NCBI GenBank assembly: GCA_964413305.1
Contig: CAYPSE010000004.1
Span: 1 to 37,686, forward strand
Direction: 5' to 3'
DNA length: 37,686 bases
DNA from: an uncultured Rubrivirga sp.
GTDB lineage: Bacteria > Actinomycetota > Actinomycetes > S36-B12
The number at the start of each line of letters is the position of its first letter. Within the stretch, counting starts at the first letter, position 1. A model generated the notes under the pieces. It saw nothing but the letters and a program-made list of their open reading frames with translations, made no database searches and was not told where the DNA came from. Position numbers and translations under genes: made by a program. This document shows, in pieces, positions 33,813 through 37,686 of this stretch.

Positions 33813-34952
33813 GTGGGTGAGGAGGAGGCTCTTCGCAGTCTCGTGCGAAGTATCGTCGCTCCGGTAAGCCGCGATCGCATTCAAGAGTGGGAAGTCTCCC
33901 AAGATTTTCCATGGGAGATTTGGCGTCAACTGGGCGAAGCCGGCCTTCTCGGTTTGGGAATTCCCGAGGATGCGGGTGGCAGCGGCGGAGGTGTCGCTGA
34001 GATCGCCACCGTCATGGAAGAGCTCGCCAGATGTTCATTAGCTCTGGCGATTCCGATCGTCACTACGGTGAGCCAGGGTGCCAAATTGCTCTATCGACTT
34101 GGTACGCACGAACAACGAGAGAGATACCTGTTACCGCTCATGAGGGGGGATCTCCTCACCACCCTTGCATGGACTGAACCGTCCGGTGGTTCGGATGTTC
34201 TATCGATGAGTACGAAGGCTCGACTCGTGGACGGCGAGTGGGTGATCAATGGAACGAAGACATTCATCACACTTGCCGACAAGGCAGATGTGATCTTCGT
34301 GGTGGCACGGAGCCAACCGGTGCAGGCGAAGAGGAGCGAGGGAATATCGTGCTTCGCCGTCCCGGCTGATGCCGACGGTTTAACGATTCGTCCCATTGAC
34401 AAGATGGCGCAGAAATCGACCACGTTTTGCGAGATACATTTCGAGGATACCCGGGTCGCCGAGTCGGCGGTCGTTGGCACAGTGGATAACGCTTGGCGCG
34501 AAATGGTTCCGCTGCTCGCGAGTGAGCGAACGATTTTTGCCGCGGCTTGCATCGGCCTAGCGAAAGCAGCTCTATCGGATGCACGCGTGTACGCCAGTCA
34601 ACGAATGGCTTTCGGCAAGTCCATCGACTCCTACCAAGTGATCCAGCACCACTTCGTCGATATGCATAGGTCGATCGAGGCGGCAGCACTTCAGGCGACA
34701 CATGCGGCCGAACTCGAGATGGCGGGGCGGTCGTACGCCGTGGCGGCAACGCAAGCCCTGCTTGCCGCATCCGAAATGGCATCGTTCGTAACTGATCTGG
34801 GTCTGCAAATCCTCGGCGGATACGGCATCACAGATGAGTTTGACATGCAACGGTATTGGCGGGACGCGCGAGTGTTTCGAGTATCTCCCGTCACGACTGA
34901 AGTTGCCAAGAACGTCATCGCCCAGTCACTCGGTCTGCCACGAATCGATTAG
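33813..34952 (+). CDS. Acyl-CoA dehydrogenase
   Basis: 379 aa with the motifs TEPSGGSDV, ILGGYG and a C-terminal YWRDARVFRVSPVTTEV. Confidence 0.92.
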   Translation: MGEEEALRSLVRSIVAPVSRDRIQEWEVSQDFPWEIWRQLGEAGLLGLGIPEDAGGSGGGVAEIATVMEELARCSLALAIPIVTTVSQGAKLLYRLGTHEQRERYLLPLMRGDLLTTLAWTEPSGGSDVLSMSTKARLVDGEWVINGTKTFITLADKADVIFVVARSQPVQAKRSEGISCFAVPADADGLTIRPIDKMAQKSTTFCEIHFEDTRVAESAVVGTVDNAWREMVPLLASERTIFAAACIGLAKAALSDARVYASQRMAFGKSIDSYQVIQHHFVDMHRSIEAAALQATHAAELEMAGRSYAVAATQALLAASEMASFVTDLGLQILGGYGITDEFDMQRYWRDARVFRVSPVTTEVAKNVIAQSLGLPRID

Positions 34953-34964
34953 AAAGCGAAGAGG

Positions 34965-35795
34965 ATGACATACCAGGAGATTTTGCTCGAGGTATCCGAA
35001 GGAATCGCAAAGCTGACGCTGAACAGACCAGATCGGAAGAACGCCTTGTCGCCCGCGCTAAACCGCGAAATGCTGCGTGCCCTGGAGTGGATCGAGTCTC
35101 AGCCAGATGTTCGGGGTGTGTTACTGACAGGTTCTGGCGACAGTTTCTCGTCAGGACTAGATCTGAACGCCAGTTTCATGGAGACATTGGAGAACGGTGA
35201 CCCGGAGAACTTCCAGAGCGTCATGGATCCAGTTTTGTCCTGGTATCGAAAACTCTACGAATTGCCGATACCAACTCTCGCATCAGTGAATGGCCACTGT
35301 TACGGCGGCGGGGTTAATCCCGTCTCGATCTGCGATGTCGCCGTAGCATCCAATAGAGCCCAGTTTGCACTCTCGGAGATCAATTTCGCTCACTTCGCAG
35401 CAGGTGGATCGACGTGGAGCGCAACGGCCTTCCTGCTGCCCAAGCACGCGTATTGGCTGTGTCTCAGTGGTGAAAGGATCGACGCTGAGGAGGCCTGTCG
35501 AATCGGACTCGTGACTCGGGTCGTCGATCATGACGAACTTGAGGTGGAGTCGCTGCGCATGCTACGGATCCTTGCGGATAAGCACCCGACCGCCTACAAG
35601 ACGCAGAAGAAGATGTGTCGCCTGACGCCCAAAATGCAACTGTGGGAAGCAACCGAGATCGAGATGGCACACATACATGAGAACTATTTCCTGTCCAAGG
35701 GCGAGATGACAAAGGTTGCCCTCAAGCGGTTCCAAGAAAAGAAGTTTCGACCTGGAACGGGTACAAGCTACACATCAACTGCGACGGAGGACTAA
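34965..35795 (+). CDS. Crotonase-superfamily enoyl-CoA hydratase, hydroxycinnamoyl-CoA hydratase/lyase (HCHL/Ech)-like
   Basis: It has the motifs LNRPDRKNALSPALNREM, GHCYGGG and ALSEINF, and the C-terminal tail RFQEKKFRPG. Its 276-aa length and collinearity resemble HCHL as I remember it. The subfamily call is an inference. Confidence 0.85.
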   Translation: MTYQEILLEVSEGIAKLTLNRPDRKNALSPALNREMLRALEWIESQPDVRGVLLTGSGDSFSSGLDLNASFMETLENGDPENFQSVMDPVLSWYRKLYELPIPTLASVNGHCYGGGVNPVSICDVAVASNRAQFALSEINFAHFAAGGSTWSATAFLLPKHAYWLCLSGERIDAEEACRIGLVTRVVDHDELEVESLRMLRILADKHPTAYKTQKKMCRLTPKMQLWEATEIEMAHIHENYFLSKGEMTKVALKRFQEKKFRPGTGTSYTSTATED

Positions 35796-36950
35796 ATGCA
35801 ATTTGGTGTCCCTAGGACGATCTTTGGTGAAGAACATGAAGAGTTTCGCTCTTTGGTCCGGGGGTTCCTTGAGCGGGAGGTCGTCCCCGAGTACGCGAAG
35901 TGGGAAGAACTCGGTCTCACGCCACGTGAAATCTGGGTACGTGCGGGTGAGGTCGGGCTACTCGGGACGGCCATTCCCGAGGAGTATGGGGGCTCCGGGA
36001 TGGGCTTTCGCTATGACGCAATCGTGATTGAGGAACTGGCTCGCTATGGCCTTGCCGCACCGGCGTGGGACATGCACGCGCATATCGTTGCCCCGTTTAT
36101 CGTGGAGTTTGGCACTGAGGAACAAAAGCAGCGCTGGCTCCCGGGTATGGCGTCTGGTGAGATCATCTCCAGTATCGGCTTGACCGAGCCGGATAGCGGT
36201 AGCGATTTGCAGTCGATGCGCACCACGGCTATCCGCGATGGCGACCATTACGTCATCAACGGCGCCAAGACCTTCATAACCAACGGAATTATCGGAGACA
36301 TGGTCTTGCTTGCGGCCAAAACCGATCCTGCCAAACGTGCACGAGGCGTCTCACTGCTCATGGTCGACACCAGTCTGCCCGGGTTCCGTCGTGGACGTGC
36401 ACTGAAGAAAGTCGGTAACAAGGCCCAGGACACGGCGGAGCTCTTTTTCGATGACCTGAGGGTTCCCGCAGACGCGGTTCTCGGTCAACCTGAGGACGGT
36501 TGGGCGATCTTGATGCATGGCCTTGCGCGCGAGCGCATGGTGTGTGCGGTGAGGTCACAGGTGATCGCGGAGGTGGCGGTCGAGCAAACGCTGCAGTACA
36601 CCCAACTTCGATCGTCCTTCGGAGGAAAAGTGTTCGATTTCCAAAACACTCAATTTGTGCTCGCCGATGCCGCGACTAGAGTCGAGGTGAGTCGTCCATT
36701 TGTGGATCGTTGCATTGAGCTGCTTGATCAAGGGGACCTGTCTCCAGTGACAGCCGCCAAAGCCAAGTTGTCAACAAGCGATATGGCGGATGCGATTCTG
36801 GATGATTGTGTGCAGCTTCACGGTGGTTACGGGTACATGTGGGAGTACCCCATTGCGCGTGCATGGGCGGACGCACGCGTGCATCGCATCTATGCAGGAA
36901 CGAACGAGGTGATGAAGTACATCATCGGCCGATCCTTGCAGAATGCGTGA
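35796..36950 (+). CDS. Acyl-CoA dehydrogenase
   Basis: The ATG directly follows the upstream TAA. It is 384 aa long with the motifs TEPDSGSDL, LHGGYGY and RIYAGTNEV. Confidence 0.92.
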   Translation: MQFGVPRTIFGEEHEEFRSLVRGFLEREVVPEYAKWEELGLTPREIWVRAGEVGLLGTAIPEEYGGSGMGFRYDAIVIEELARYGLAAPAWDMHAHIVAPFIVEFGTEEQKQRWLPGMASGEIISSIGLTEPDSGSDLQSMRTTAIRDGDHYVINGAKTFITNGIIGDMVLLAAKTDPAKRARGVSLLMVDTSLPGFRRGRALKKVGNKAQDTAELFFDDLRVPADAVLGQPEDGWAILMHGLARERMVCAVRSQVIAEVAVEQTLQYTQLRSSFGGKVFDFQNTQFVLADAATRVEVSRPFVDRCIELLDQGDLSPVTAAKAKLSTSDMADAILDDCVQLHGGYGYMWEYPIARAWADARVHRIYAGTNEVMKYIIGRSLQNA

Positions 36951-36967
36951 GATGGAGGTGCGATGCG

Positions 36968-37686
36968 ATGGTGAATGGGGGTGGGATGGATAGAACAGTG
37001 CCCGCCCTTCTTGCCGAATGCGCCATCTCCAAGAAGACCGGGTACCTCTTCTCGGACGAGCAGTACAGGCTGTCGGCTGCCGACGTGCTCAAGGAGGTGT
37101 CACGGCTAGCTCATGGGTTGTCGGCGCAGGGTCTTCGCAAAGGTGACCGTGTCGCATTCATCGTCGGAGGATCCCTACAACATGCGAATCTCTTTCTGGC
37201 GTGTCTGCAGATTGGCCTGACGCCGTGCGCGATGCACGCCCGCGATTCCACTGAGCATCTCGCAAAGACACTCACATGGCTTGGCGCCTCGGCGTTGGTG
37301 AGCGATGACACCTACATTGAGGCAGCTCAAGACATTGCTGAGAAGGTGGGCTGTAGTCTGCGGATCTTCCTGGGGAATTCGTCTCCTTTCTCCGACTGGC
37401 TCAACTATCCAGACCTACTCCTAGAGGACGTGGGTCAGAGGATTTCGCCCCCGACGTCCCAGGATGTGGCTTACATCATCTTGTCTAGTGGAACAACGGG
37501 AGCTCCCAAGGGGGTCGTTCACACCCACGCTTCGGCCTTTGAGTCGGCCATGTCCGGTGCCTGGGTTTACGGCGACATCGGGGAGCGCGACAACATTCTC
37601 ATGTCGGTGGCACCATCCTTTGCGGCGTGGGTGAATATTCTCTTCCCATTCATTGCCGCCAGGTCCAGCATCTTCTTCCAGAGGCG
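36968..37686 (+). CDS. AMP-dependent acyl-CoA synthetase/ligase, 3'-truncated by the window end
   Basis: This gene is not in the ORF track because it is open-ended. My hand translation gives ...MDRTVPALLAEC...GDRVAFIV...ILSSGTTGAPKGVVHTH (AMP-binding P-loop at ~37484-37515). GGAGG lies 9 nt before ATG 36968. ATG 36986 and GTG 36947 are alternative starts. Confidence 0.85.
   Translation, partial: MVNGGGMDRTVPALLAECAISKKTGYLFSDEQYRLSAADVLKEVSRLAHGLSAQGLRKGDRVAFIVGGSLQHANLFLACLQIGLTPCAMHARDSTEHLAKTLTWLGASALVSDDTYIEAAQDIAEKVGCSLRIFLGNSSPFSDWLNYPDLLLEDVGQRISPPTSQDVAYIILSSGTTGAPKGVVHTHASAFESAMSGAWVYGDIGERDNILMSVAPSFAAWVNILFPFIAARSSIFFQR

Noticed and set aside
1-37686. A window-wide look for CRISPR repeats, tRNA/rRNA genes, IS elements/transposases, integrases, toxin-antitoxin pairs or known phage-defence genes.
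   Set aside because: No spaced direct-repeat arrays, cloverleaf-like segments or DDE/tyrosine-recombinase-like ORFs were recognised. Every sizeable ORF is accounted for by metabolic, transport, regulatory or housekeeping families. The scan was by eye and cannot exclude small ncRNAs.

Overview
This is a 37.7 kb window of high-GC actinobacterial chromosome. I call 42 protein-coding genes (two are cut by the window edges) and a few regulatory or structural DNA sites. I saw no rRNA, tRNA, CRISPR array, transposase, integrase or phage-defence-like gene. The left ~18 kb is conserved core. It starts with a CstB-like MBL-rhodanese fusion, followed by a tightly coupled run of fbiC (FO synthase), a PF06684 protein, EthD and a cytochrome P450. 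It continues with a CBS protein, hisN, a DUF2231 membrane protein, rsgA, aroA, an SRAP peptidase, sigH-rshA, a TB7.3-like biotinyl protein, a hotdog thioesterase, a TPP enzyme, pdtaS, whiB1 and a DAG-kinase-like lipid kinase. This order closely mirrors the mycobacterial sigH-whiB1 neighbourhood as I recall it. From ~18.1 kb to the window end the sequence is visibly lower in G+C and looks like an accessory catabolic island. It encodes three alpha/beta hydrolases, an Amidohydro_3 enzyme, RidA, a Liv-type ABC importer and a PHP-type phosphotriesterase homologue. It also encodes four SDRs mirrored around a LysR regulator, a PaaX-like regulator, two acyl-CoA dehydrogenases, an HCHL-like crotonase and an acyl-CoA ligase. 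The best candidates for something undescribed are (a) the fbiC-PF06684-EthD-P450 unit, which has no ferredoxin or reductase partner, and (b) the island's CoA-dependent module, which has a shared TTGACG-N2-CGTCAA operator on two promoters. Smaller signals are a CsoR/CstR-type palindrome ahead of the CstB-like gene and a CRP-type site ahead of whiB1. All functional calls rest on motif recognition by eye. No database search was run, and start codons are often uncertain.
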